A stretch of DNA of 64,000 nt from Eledone cirrhosa (Eukaryota): positions 197,098,001-197,162,000 of the forward strand of contig OZ024743.1 in assembly GCA_964016885.1 (NCBI GenBank), given 5' to 3'. Each line of letters opens with the position of its first letter. Position 1 is the first letter of the stretch. Below, in pieces: positions 1 to 12,292 of this stretch. The notes beneath the pieces are model-generated. The model was not told where the DNA came from. It saw only the letters and a list, made by a program, of their open reading frames with translations, and did not search any database. The position numbers and the translations under genes were made by a program.

Positions 1-312
1 ACAAACAAACGAAACAATGAAAAAAAAAAGACAGGAAAAAACAGGAACATTAAACAATAAAGGAAACGAAAAATGCATATTGTTATAATTGAGTGCTAAA
101 GTGTAGTTTGTCACCAGTAATTGAATATGACCAATTTTGGTACAGTTTCCTAGTATTGAAAGCTATAAGTATTGAAAGCTTTGTCATGTAGTGATGCAAA
201 GGAGTTTCGTGAATTAGATTGTTTATATGTGAGAGGAAGTGCATAAAAACTGCATAATTATATTTTTGTTTTCTATGTTGGTATGGCATGGACCATGTTT
301 GCACAAATGTTG

Positions 313-3300
313 GTATATAGACCAACAGTTCTTCTGTATATAGACCAACAGTTCTCCTGTATATAGACCAGTGGTTCTTCTGTATATAGACCAACAGTTC
401 TCCTGTATATAGACCAACAGTTCTCCTGTATATAGACCAACAGTTCTCCTGTATATAGACCAGTGGTTCTCCTGTATATAAACCAGTGGTTCTCCTGTAT
501 ATAGACCAACAGTGCTCCTGTATATAGATCAACAGTTCTCCTGTATATAGACCAACAGTTCTCCTGTATATAGACCAACAGTTCTCTTGTATATAGACCA
601 ACAGTTCTCCTGTATATAGACCAACAGTTCTCCTGTATATAGACCAACAGTTCTCCTGTATATAGACCAACAGTTCTCCTGTATATAGACCAGTGGTTCT
701 CCTGTATATAGACCAACAGTTCTCCTGTATATAGACCAGTGGTTCTCCTGTATATAGACCAACAGTTCTCCTGTATATAGACCAACAGTTCTCCTGTATA
801 TAGACCAACAGTTCTCCTGTATATAGACCAACAGTTCTCCTGTATATAGACCAGTGGTTCACCTGTATATAAACCAGTGGTTCTCCTGTATATAGACCAA
901 CAGTTCTCCTGTATATAGACCAACAGTTCTCCTGTATATAGACCAGTGGTTCACCTGTATATAAACCAGTGGTTCTCCTGTATATAGACCAACAGTTCTC
1001 CTGTATATAGACCAACAGTTCTCCTGTATATAGACCAGTGGTTCACCTGTATATAAACCAGTGGTTCTCCTGTATATAGACCAACAGTTCTCCTGTATAT
1101 AGACCAACAGTTCTCCTGTATATAGACCAACAGTTCTCCTGTATATAGACCAACAGTTCTAATGTATAGGGACCAACAGTTCTCCTGTATATAGACCAAC
1201 AGTTCTCCTGTATATAGACCAACAGTTCTCCTGTATATAGACCAACAGTTCTCCTGTATATAGACCAGTGGTTCTCCAGTATATAGACCAACAGTTCTCC
1301 TGTATATAGACCAACAGTTCTCCTGTATATAGACCAGTGGTTCTCCTGTATATAGACCAACAGTTCTCCTGTATATAGACCAACAGTTCTCCTGTATATA
1401 GACCAGTGGTTCTTCTGTATATAGACCAACAGTTCTCCTGTATATAGACCAACAGTTCTCCTGTATATAGACCAACAGTTCTCCTGTATATAGACCAGTG
1501 GTTCTCCTGTATATAAACCAGTGGTTCTCCTGTATATAGACCAACAGTGCTCCTGTATATAGATCAACAGTTCTCCTGTATATAGACCAACAGTTCTCCT
1601 GTATATAGACCAACAGTTCTCTTGTATATAGACCAACAGTTCTCCTGTATATAGACCAACAGTTCTCCTGTATATAGACCAACAGTTCTCCTGTATATAG
1701 ACCAACAGTTCTCCTGTATATAGACCAGTGGTTCTCCTGTATATAGACCAACAGTTCTCCTGTATATAGACCAGTGGTTCTCCTGTATATAGACCAACAG
1801 TTCTCCTGTATATAGACCAACAGTTCTCCTGTATATAGACCAACAGTTCTCCTGTATATAGACCAACAGTTCTCCTGTATATAGACCAGTGGTTCACCTG
1901 TATATAAACCAGTGGTTCTCCTGTATATAGACCAACAGTTCTCCTGTATATAGACCAACAGTTCTCCTGTATATAGACCAACAGTTCTCCTGTATATAGA
2001 CCAACAGTTCTAATGTATAGGCACCAACAGTTCTCCTGTATATAGACCAACAGTTCTCCTGTATATAGACCAACAGTTCTCCTGTATATAGACCAACAGT
2101 TCTCCTGTATATAGACCAACAGTTCTCCTGTATATAGACCAGTGGTTCTTCTGTATATAGACCAACAGTTCTCCTGTATATAGACCAACAGTTCTCCTGT
2201 ATATAGACCAGTGGTTCTCCAGTATATAGACCAACAGTTCTCCTGTATATAGACCAACAGTTCTCCTGTATATAGACCAACAGTTCTCCTGTATATAGAC
2301 CAGTGGTTCTCCAGTATATAGACCAACAGTTCTCCTGTATATAGACCAACAGTTCTCCTGTATATAGACCAGTGGTTCTCCTGTATATAGACCAACAGTT
2401 CTCCTGTATATAGACCAACAGTTCTCCTGTATATAGACCAGTGGTTCTCCAGTATATAGACCAACAGTTCTCCTGTATATAGACCAACAGTTCTCCTGTA
2501 TATAGACCAGTGGTTCTCCTGTATATAGACCAACAGTTCTCCTGTATATAGACCAGTGGTTCTCCTGTATATAGACCAACAGTTCTCCTGTATATAGACC
2601 AACAGTTCTCCTGTATATAGACCAACAGTTCTCCTGTATATAGACCAACAGTTCTCCTGTATATAGACCAGTGGTTCTCCTGTATATGGACCAACAGTTC
2701 TCCTGTATATAGACCAACAGTTCTCCTGTATATAGACCAGTGGTTCTCCTGTATATAGACCAACAGTTCTCCTGTATATAGACCAACAGTTCTCCTGTAT
2801 ATAGACCAACAGTTCTCCTGTATATAGACCAACAGTTCTCCTGTATATAGACCAGTGGTTCTCCTGTATATGGACCAACAGTTCTCCTGTATATAGACCA
2901 ACAGTTCTCCTGTATATAGACCAGTGGTTCTCCTGTATATAGATCAACAGTTCTCCTGTATATAGACCAGTGGTTCTCCTGTATATAGACCAACAGTTCT
3001 CCTGTATATAGACCAACAGTTCTCCTGTATATAGACCAGTGGTTCTCCTGTATATAGACCAACAGTTCTCCTGTATATAGACCAACAGTTCTCCTGTATA
3101 TGGACCAACAGTTCTCCTGTATATAGACCAACAGTTCTCCTGTATATAGACCAACAGTTCTCCTGTATATAGACCAACAGTTCTCCTGTATATAGACCAA
3201 CAGTTCTCCTGTATATAGACCAGTGGTTCTCCTGTATATAGACCAACAGTTCTCCTGTATATAGACCAACAGTTCTCCTGTATATAGACCAACAGTTCTC

Positions 3301-3610
3301 CTGTATATAGACCAACAGTTCTCCTGTATATAGACCAGTGGTTCTCCTGTATATAGACCAACAGTTCTTATGTATATAGACCAACAGTTCTCCATGTATA
3401 TAGACCAACAGTTCTCCTGTATATAGACCAACAGCTCTCCTGTATATAGACCAACAGTTCTCCTGTATATAGACCAGTGGTTCTCCTGTATATAGACCAA
3501 CAGTTCTCCTGTATATGGACTAGTGGTTCTCTGATATATACACTAGTGGTTCTATTGTTTACAGACTAATAGTTCCCTTGAATATAGACCAACAGTTCTC
3601 TTATATGTAG
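313..3610. repeat. 23-bp tandem satellite, ~140 copies, two main unit variants
   Basis: Units TATATAGACCAACAGTTCTCCTG and TATATAGACCAGTGGTTCTCCTG are interspersed. The array is very homogeneous to ~3520 and then decays. The unit has no stop codon on the minus strand, which creates the long spurious ORFs. Confidence 0.98.
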
Positions 3611-3704
3611 ATTGTTATTCTCACTGTATAATAATTCTAGATGGAAGTAACTGTAGTGGCTGTAGTGGTGGTGGTGGTGTGTGTGTGTGTGGGGGGGGAG
3701 GGGG

Positions 3705-3772
3705 GGGGGCGTCCCATGGAAAACTTTTGTACAAAAGGAAATCTCTGGTAGTGAAAAGGTTAGTAACCCCTG
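3705..3772. mobile_element. Right end of a hAT/Charlie-like MITE
   Basis: Ends ...AAAAGGTTAGTAACCCCTG (reverse complement CAGGGGTTACTAACCT, a Charlie-type terminus), followed by GCATAGAC, an 8-mer like the target duplications of the other hAT MITEs in this window. Confidence 0.55.
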
Positions 3773-4987
3773 GCATAGACATGTTGCATAATATAATTTC
3801 CTTCCTTATATGCACAACATTCATTTTTGTATAGTTGGAATGCAGTAAATTAAATCTATCTGAGTATATTATATTTAGTCCTTGGGGGGATAAAAAGAAA
3901 TGTTAATATCAGTAGGAACTGAACTCAGAATGTAAAGTGACTTAACAAGATGTCACAAAGCATTACATTTTATGGTTAATTCTTAATATCAACCTGGCCA
4001 AAACCATCGCTGTGTTTGTTTTAAAGTGTTTATATTATCTAAGAACCTTCCATCATGATTTTATGTAAGAACCTTCGTAAAGTTACGCTCCCAATTTCAA
4101 CTTGATAAATATAAAGTTAGTTATTTTACAAAATCACTCCAAATTCTTAATTATATAAAAAAAACAACTATTTGAAACAAATAGGCAGTGGCTTTCATTA
4201 GACATATAGTAACAAAAGGGTTAATCTTTTTCACCAACACCTTGTTACTGTTTAATAGAAATAAAATGGAATAAAGGAGATACATATTCAATTTAGCAGT
4301 AAATAATAAATTCAACTGTAATAGATATTTATTTCAATAGAGAAATTATTTCTCTCAAAAACACCAATCAATGCATCACAACTGTATATTGTTAGAACAA
4401 CTGAATAAAGGGGCTGCTACCTTGTCACTCAACCTGCTAGAAACAACAGCCAAATCTCCCTCAAACTTTAGATAAAGAAGAATATATTGCACAATGTACT
4501 TCCTGATATACAAAAAGATGAGATGGTCATGGCTGGGATGCCTTTCATCAAGGGTATCTTTTATATTTTTCTAGTATATTACTGAGATTAGTTGTTAAAT
4601 TAAAGAAGGGTTTCTGATACTCTTGCTGACAACTACAAAAATTTGAATATATAGAAAATAGTATCATAAATATATTTTCTATTTATTTATGTATAATATA
4701 ATGAAAAGTATTGTGTACAGGGCTCAGGTGCACTATAACTCATCAAAAGTGCATGTAAAGTACAAAAAAAAAAGAAACAAATCATTAGATTGTATAACAA
4801 AATTAAAAAAAGGTTCCATTGGGTCTTTTCATTGTTGAATACTATCTGTTAATTGCAACACCTGGCAGGAGATATATGAGATAAAGTAATTTGCTCCAGA
4901 ACACAACATGATGCCTAGGAGTTGATGCAAATATAAAACATATAGAAAGTAATACAACCAATATTAATCTACTAACTGAATACTTAC

Positions 4988-5107
4988 TTCAGTGCCAATT
5001 AATGTTGGTCGAATATAAAGAGTATCACCAGGGGTAGAAGGTACCCAGTCTGCATCTAGATGAACCAATTTTTTAATACATTCTACTAATTCTTTACCAT
5101 CAAACGC
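4988..5107 (-). CDS. BCAT: Branched-chain amino-acid aminotransferase, internal coding exon (120 bp, phase 0/0): AFDGKELVECIKKLVHLDADWVPSTPGDTLYIRPTLIGTE
   Basis: Not in the ORF track. Acceptor is a pyrimidine tract plus CAG, donor is GTAAGT. The peptide carries the BCAT motifs FDxxEL, DxDWVP and LYIRPxxIGxE and continues in frame from the exon at 19929-20039. Confidence 0.95.
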
Positions 5108-5290
5108 CTGAAAGAAGAAAGAAAGATCTGTATATAAACATATAGAATCAAGATAGAATTAGAATAGACCAATCTTGTATTGTATGGGCATGTAAACCAC
5201 CACGACATATTGTATGTGTTTGGCATTTTAAACCTGTCAGCGCCCAAGACAGAACACAGCCAATTTCTTCCAGAGAAAGTTATGTTCATA

Positions 5291-5682
5291 TCACAACAAA
5301 AAAGCATCCAGCCCACATTGTAAAGTGGTCATGTAGGTGTCACAACAAAAAACACCTAGCCCACACTGTAAAGTGGTTGTGCAGTTGTCAAGATAAAAAG
5401 CATCCAACCCACACTGTAAAGCAGTCACGTAGGTGTCACAACACAAAGCACCCAACTCACATTGTAAACTAGATGTGTAGGAGTTACGACAAAAAGTACC
5501 CAGCACACACTGTAAATGTGGTTGGCATTAGGAAAGGCATCCAGCCATAGAAACCCAGCTAGAAACAGTTCTATATGAGCAAGACACAGTAACATGAACC
5601 GACTTGCTTCTAATGGGATAACCCTTCTAACTCATACTTGGATGGAAAATGGATGTTAAACGATGATGATGGTGATGATGAT
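5291..5682 (+). mobile_element. SINE/LINE 3'-domain copy with five tandem ~48-bp subunits and a (GAT)n tail
   Basis: Contains the core TTAGGAAAGGCATCCAGCCATAGAAAC and the tail ATGGAAAATGGATGTTAAACGATGATG, both shared with the 3' end of the LINE at 28900-32442. Confidence 0.8.
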
Positions 5683-6112
5683 GGAGATAGAGTGATAGAG
5701 AGGAAGTAAGAAACATATATAGACCCCAGTACTGGACTGGTAACCCCCCGCCTCCCACCCCCACTAAAAAAAAAAAACAATACGCAAACGCTGACCGTGG
5801 CATTTTTTAACTAGAAGAAACAAATGCCACAAAGCATTCTACCCAACATTCTAATGACTCTGCCAATTAAACCACCTAGACCAATGTGCAGACATACATT
5901 ATAGAATATACACAATATTATTAAAGAATGGTACTTCTTAAATACTGCTTGTAGTTCTCTGTTTCCTGTCTCTAACCTAAATTTTGTTTTCTTGTAAAAT
6001 ACTATAATTTGGATATGAAATTTAACTATATTTTCACATACTAGTTTTTAGCATTTTTGTATGAATAAACCTTTATTATATATTTATGAATGTTTGTAAA
6101 AATATGCACACA

Positions 6113-6153
<41 letters not shown>

Positions 6154-7507
6154 ATTTGTTAATAAATCTCTACAATAATTAATGAACTAGTATATATAAA
6201 TAAACGATAATAAAACTGATAGAAGACTGTCAGTTTTATTTTCATACTTCATTTATATATATATATATATATATATATATGGATCTGTGTGTATGAGTGG
6301 GTGGGTATGTGTGTGAGGGAAAGAAGAAAGTAGGTAGTATGTGTTTAATATAGCAGTAAAATAGTACAGTAGTGTCAAATAAAAAAAAAATCAATAATTT
6401 AGGATTTTCAATTATAGATTAAAGATTGATCTAGTGTCATTAATTTATTTTGCATGAAATATAAAATAAAACAAAAATGCAAAAATCAATAATAGAAGTT
6501 GTTTGATGATGGAAAGTAGAAACATATTTAGCTGCCAATAACAAATATATTCTATAGGAATACAATTAAATTTTGCCAATGACTAGAATGTGATGTTGTG
6601 GAAGTAATATGTCTTTCCGAACTGTCATTCAATTCTTCACTGAAGACTTTAATTATCTCCCTGCATCATGTAACTGAGTTCTAATCTCTGCGAGCATAAG
6701 GATGCTGATGAGAATAAAATTCTACTAATTGGTAGCAAGTAAAAACTAATAACCGCGGTATGGAAATCATCACATGGCGATGATAACAGATAATTAGAGT
6801 TTTGCAGCAGATTCAAAAATAGCCTGAACAAGGGAAGTCCAGTAGCTTTGAAGTGCAAGAAATAATGGCCAATTTGTTTTAGAGTTGTTCAAGACTAAGC
6901 GGATCTGGTAATGACAGCAGGCAGGGTATGGAGAAGAGCTTGCCTGTTACTACTTGCCTATACAGATTGGCCCTAAGAGTGACTTAAGAGCTCTTCCTAG
7001 CTCATCTGTGTTCAAATGTTCTGAGTGTTATTGAAAGAATTATTCTTGTTGTTGAAGGCTGTCACCATAGAAAGGAATAAAGGCTCCCCTGCCCCACCCT
7101 CTCTCACTGCCACCATCACCACCACCACAATCACCCCTCCTGTAAAGACAAGGGAATTGAAGTGATTTACTGACATGTCTTCCAACTAATAAAAGAGTTT
7201 TGCTTTAATGAAAAGAAAGAGGAGCAGAATAAACATTGCAAAGTGGGAGAGAACTATGATTTCATGCTTGAAGTGACATTTATGGCAGGATTAACCCCTC
7301 CACCTCCGAAAGGAAAGCCCAGCCTTTCTTCCTTGCCTTGGAGTATGTGTGTGTGTGTGGGGGGGGGGGGGGGGGTCAGAGGCACAGAGTCAGTAAATTG
7401 TGAAATAAATATATAAAACAAAGTAACAAAAACAAATAAAGATGATAAGCAAGGTGAAATAAGATATCAAAGAAATGAGGGCAAAGACAATTACGAGACA
7501 AATATAT

Positions 7508-7662
7508 GAAACATCATTGCAAAACATCATAATAATAGTAGTAATAATAATAATAGTAGTGATAATAAGGATAATAATAATAATAATAATAACAATAATA
7601 ATGATGATAACAACAACAACAATGATAATAATAATAATAATAACAACAAAAACAACAACAAA
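7508..7662. repeat. (TAA)n/(CAA)n microsatellite
   Basis: Direct reading of the sequence. Confidence 0.9.
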
Positions 7663-8174
7663 TAGGAAAAAAATTAAGAGAACTGTGCTAATTGTGCTGA
7701 GGACTTCTGAAAAAGAGTGTTCTTGCCATAACTCTTAACTCACATGGAATTGATGTCACCTTATGGCATATAATGAGTGCGATTACCGATATCTATTTAG
7801 CTGTATATTTAGTACATGAGAAACGCCTTCGTCACTCCCCTCCCTGCGAGGAGACTTTTGATATAAGTGGCCTGGCAATTAAAAGGTAAACGAAGCTGGA
7901 ATGTATAATACCAAATTCACCAGGGAAGATATAGTGATGAGTCTGAGATATTTCTACAGCTAAAATATTCCATGAAAGGAAATCAATTTTCATTGTTCCA
8001 AATTCTTAACTCATTTTTGCTGCTGTATCATTCTTTTACTGATTTCAGTCATTAGACTGAAGCCATGCTGGGGCACTGCCTTGATTTAGTTGACCATATC
8101 AACCCCGGTAATTATTTTTTTGCAAGTCTAGTCTTATTTTATCAATCACCTTTTTACTGAACCTCTAAGTTATG

Positions 8175-8205
<31 letters not shown>

Positions 8206-9220
8206 CAAGCAATGTCAAAGGTAAAAGGAAATAACAACACAATCAGTACAGTATATAGCAGGAAGAGGGTTTTAACGTTTCAGATGCTAGTCTTTCATCA
8301 GAAGATAGAATGGGAAATTAGAAATATTGAGGGGATGAGCAGGGCAGAATTAGGAACAACTTTTTAGAGAAAGGAAAAATATATATATAACCATAACCAT
8401 CATCATCATTTAATGTCCATTTTCCATGCTAGGGTTAGGCGGGTTGTCCCATTGAGGTAAGTCGTGTCAGGTGACCATGTCTTGCTCATTCATATATATA
8501 TATACACACACACAAACAAACAAATATATAATATGTGATGGCTTGTGCAGTTTCTGTAGACCAAATTTCACTTAAAAGGCATTGGTCTACTTGAGTCTAT
8601 AGTAGAAGACACCTGCTGAAGGTGGCATGCAGCAAGACTGATCATAAAACCTTGAGATTAAGAAGTGAACACCTTAACCACACTTCCATGTCTGCAGCTA
8701 TGCCTCTTGGCTTATATTTTGAACAACCATATTGATATTCAAAATGAATGCATTAAAATTCAAAAGAAAATATGAGAAAGTTGATTAATTTTTAGTTGGG
8801 TTGTTGTTTAGCCCTAGGTTACCCCTGTTTGAACAGGCCTCTGATCAAAGGCTTTCCAGCCATGACCAATCATTTTGTCTTTGAAGCACAGTATATCAGA
8901 ACTACATTATCCAACACGTCCTTTTATAAAATGTTAGGTTGCGGTTTCAGGGAAATTAGGCAACTATTTCTAATGAATTTATTTTATGTGCTCTTCATGT
9001 TTACTTCCCCTGTGCATCTGTTGCACATAAAGTCTATCTTTTCCATCAACCTGCCCTCTAAGCCCTTTACATCTCTTGTGTTTCCATAGATAACACTGTG
9101 TGAACCATAAAGAATTTCTTCTAACGTTTTTTCGATCAGAAACCAATATATATCTATGTATTTTTATATGCATATATATATATATATATATATATTTACA
9201 TGTATGCATATATATTTGTG

Positions 9221-9441
9221 GAAGACCAGCAGTCACCCATGCATACCAGCTTCCCCTTTCCATGCCACCGATGCTGTCAAAGGAAAAGTCTATGGGTGCT
9301 ACAGCTTGGCACTAGTGATGTCACAACTCATTTCTACAGCTGAGTAAACTGCTCAAGAACACAAGGCATCACCCGGTCCGAGAATCGAATTCACAACCTT
9401 TCGTTTGCAAGCCCAATGCTCTAAACACGAAGTCATGCGCC
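9221..9441 (-). mobile_element. tRNA-derived SINE
   Basis: Minus strand begins GGCGCATGACTTCGTGTTTAGAGCATTGGGC...GAATTCGATTCTC (degenerate A and B boxes), followed by body sequence shared with the copies at ~13010-13090 and ~49310-49420. Confidence 0.75.
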
Positions 9442-10176
9442 TTTACATATATAATATATATGTAATATATATATATGCATGTGTGTGTATGTGCATGCGG
9501 ATGTTTATATATAAGTAGAAAAAGAAATATATATATAGAGAGAAATATAAATATAGATACACATACATACATAAACAAAAATCATGAAGGTATGTAAATC
9601 AAGGATAAAATTATTGATGTGAACAAAATAAAAAGAAAAAAATCATAGATCTATGTAAAAGGAAGGAAGCTATTAGGAAATAAGTAATGCCATAGAGAAA
9701 ATATATAATGTTATAACTACTAATACACTCACATCAAAAGATTAATGGGAATTAAAGTGAATATAGCAGTGCTAATTTGAGCATGCTGTCTAAGGTTGAA
9801 CAGGGTGAATACTAATTAGAGAGCCTGTAGGGTCAATTAATTAAAGTTAATACAACCGCTACATCTAGGCTGAATTAATTAATCTCAATAATGTCAAGGA
9901 TAATTAAGAGTCAATAGGTTTGTAGGATCAGGTAAGATTATGCCAGGTAAGAACTAAACCAAATGGGGTTATCATATTCAATTAATTCACCTTTGTCTTT
10001 GAAATGTGAAGCACAAACATTAAACTAGATGTTTAACTAGAAATCACTGCCGACACTGAAACTGCATATTAATACTAGTATTATTAATGCTAATTATTTT
10101 ATGACCAAGGGAAGTAATATTTGATTTAAAAAACTTTAACAAAGAGAGAGAGAGAATGTATGTATACGTGTGTATA

Positions 10177-10216
<40 letters not shown>

Positions 10217-10305
10217 GGAACCAGTAAGACCCCGACAGCTGAGCTCAAGCCGTTTCGACGGCTAATTCTAATATATATATATATATATATAAAAAATATA
10301 TATCA

Positions 10306-10500
10306 ACATCATCATCATTTAACGTCAATTTTCCATCCTAGCATGGGTTGAGGGAGTTGTCCTATTGTGAGACAAATCAGATCAGGTGACCATGTTTTGC
10401 TCATACAGAACTGTTTCTCGCTTGGTTTCTATGGCTGGATGCCCTTCCTAACACCAACCACATTTACAGTGTGGACTGGGTGTTTTTTATCATGGCACCA
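10306..10500 (-). mobile_element. SINE/LINE 3'-domain copy
   Basis: (CAT)n tail, TTTAACGTC...CTAGCATGGGTT and GGCTGGATGCCCTTCCTAACACCAACC core on the plus strand. Confidence 0.8.
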
Positions 10501-10569
10501 AAATGACCAACTGATATATATATATATATAAGAAAAGAGTCGGGATCCTGACGGCTGAGCTCCAGTTGT

Positions 10570-10624
<55 letters not shown>

Positions 10625-10817
10625 AACATATATGAAAAATTCAGGACCCCGATGGTTGAACTCCCGCTATTTCAACAGCTAAATCTGAGTATACTCCAAG
10701 CATAGAGTACTCTAGTGAGTAATGGTCTAACTGATTTTTACCGCTTCCATTCTGATATATACATATGTACATCATCATCATCATCGTTTAACGTCTATCT
10801 TCAAAGCTAACTTGGGT

Positions 10818-10851
<34 letters not shown>

Positions 10852-12154
10852 GTGTGTGTATAAATCAGGATAGTCCACCTCTCTCTCTGTATATTTACAC
10901 ACACACATCATCATCTTCATCCTCGTGGAAAATGGACGTCAAACGAAGATGATGATGATGAAGATGATGATGTGTGTGTGTGTGTGTGTGTAAATATACA
11001 GAGAGAGAGAGAGGTGGACTATGCTGATTTTAAAACATGTTGAGCCCACCCACTACTGCTTTTGCTTTATATTCGTGTTTCAGGAATTCTAAACTAAATT
11101 TTTGGAATATTTTTGACGTAGCTTAGTGTTTGTGTGACAGACGGGCACAAAGACTGAACAGTTATCATGATACACATTTCTAAATTTAACGGAAGAAATA
11201 TTTAGTTTCATTGGAAAATGTAATTGTTTCTCAATGATTGACAGCAATAAAGTCATAATTATCTAAAATAAATTATACCTTTAAGTATAATAAGTAAGAT
11301 TAGGAATTCAAATCCCAGTCCAGACAGTACATTGCGCTTTTGAGTAAGACACCTTATTTCACATTGCTCTAGTTAACTCAGCTGGAAAAGTATGACTGAT
11401 GTAAGTGAAATGTTTCCATCAAACGTTTTCCAAGGAAAAATTGAAACTTTACTATTCACCATGAAGCCATGCTATTTACCATTCTACAACACATAAATGG
11501 TAGAAATATTAGCAGACATTAGAATACACAATATTCTAACAATTGCATACAAATCTAACAAGGCAACGTTTATGTTCTCAATGAAACCTGCTAAAAGTAT
11601 CAAAGAAACACTCCTCAAATGCCCCCGCTACAACCTTAAAACAAAAGAACACACACATTGAATAGTAGAGTTCTAGATACACCATGACTAAGGGTGGAAT
11701 AGATAAAAAGCTTACTTTTGGAATGCTTTTGATCATAGGCCTGCTCAATCAATGTTTGATCAGGATGGGAAGAGCTAACAATATCAACAACAACAATGTT
11801 GCATACCCAACTTAAAACAGAGAAATGTGTCTTCATGCTGCAATACTTACTGTAGAATTGAAAAGTAATTCAGTTTGAGCAAGAGGTGAACAGAAGGACT
11901 TTACTTTTTACAAAACTGTACCATCAAAGGATTTTATGGCTGACTACTGCAGCTGCTGATACTATATACCTTTTGTTACAGCATCAATGTTTTTTATACT
12001 TTTTACATACCAGCCTAACCCTTCGAAAATACAATTAAGTAGGATAAGTAAGAGCTAACACTAAAGCAAAAATTGTGTAAGAAAAAATGTTAAATCTTTT
12101 ATTATGTAAATAACAAATTTACATAAGAAAATATTTCCTTGCACTGAAAAGATG

Positions 12155-12292
12155 AAGTGGCAAAGTTGTTAGAATATCGGATGGGATTCTTTACAGTATT
12201 CATTCCAGTTTTCTGTGCTCTTTCAGCTCAAATCCTGCCATGGTCAACTTTGCCCCTCATCGTTTCAAGGTTGATAAAAAAAAGTACCAGTC
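12155..12292 (+). mobile_element. tRNA-derived SINE (second family)
   Basis: TCAAATCCTGCCATGGTCAACTTTGCCCCTCATCGTTTCAAGGTTGATAAA...AAGTACCAGT. Related copies lie at ~3870-3940, ~25560-25700, ~47575-47720 and ~48335-48405. Confidence 0.65.

Noticed and set aside
83-3500. Long minus-strand ORFs up to 772 aa (LLVYIQENCWSIYRRTVGLYTGE repeats)
   Set aside because: All three frames give the same cyclic peptide because the 23-bp unit has no stop on that strand. There are no real ATG starts or unique domains.
313-3610. CRISPR-like array
   Set aside because: The repeats are contiguous with no unique spacers, there are no cas genes, and the context is eukaryotic.
6199-6240. Small hairpin ATAAAACTGATAG-AAGA-CTGTCAGTTTTAT
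   Set aside because: A real 13-bp stem, but short, AT-rich and without recognisable RNA motifs; probably a repeat remnant.
6703-6725. CTGATGA followed by a short stem (also at ~58354)
   Set aside because: No GAAA box or stem I/III, so not a hammerhead.
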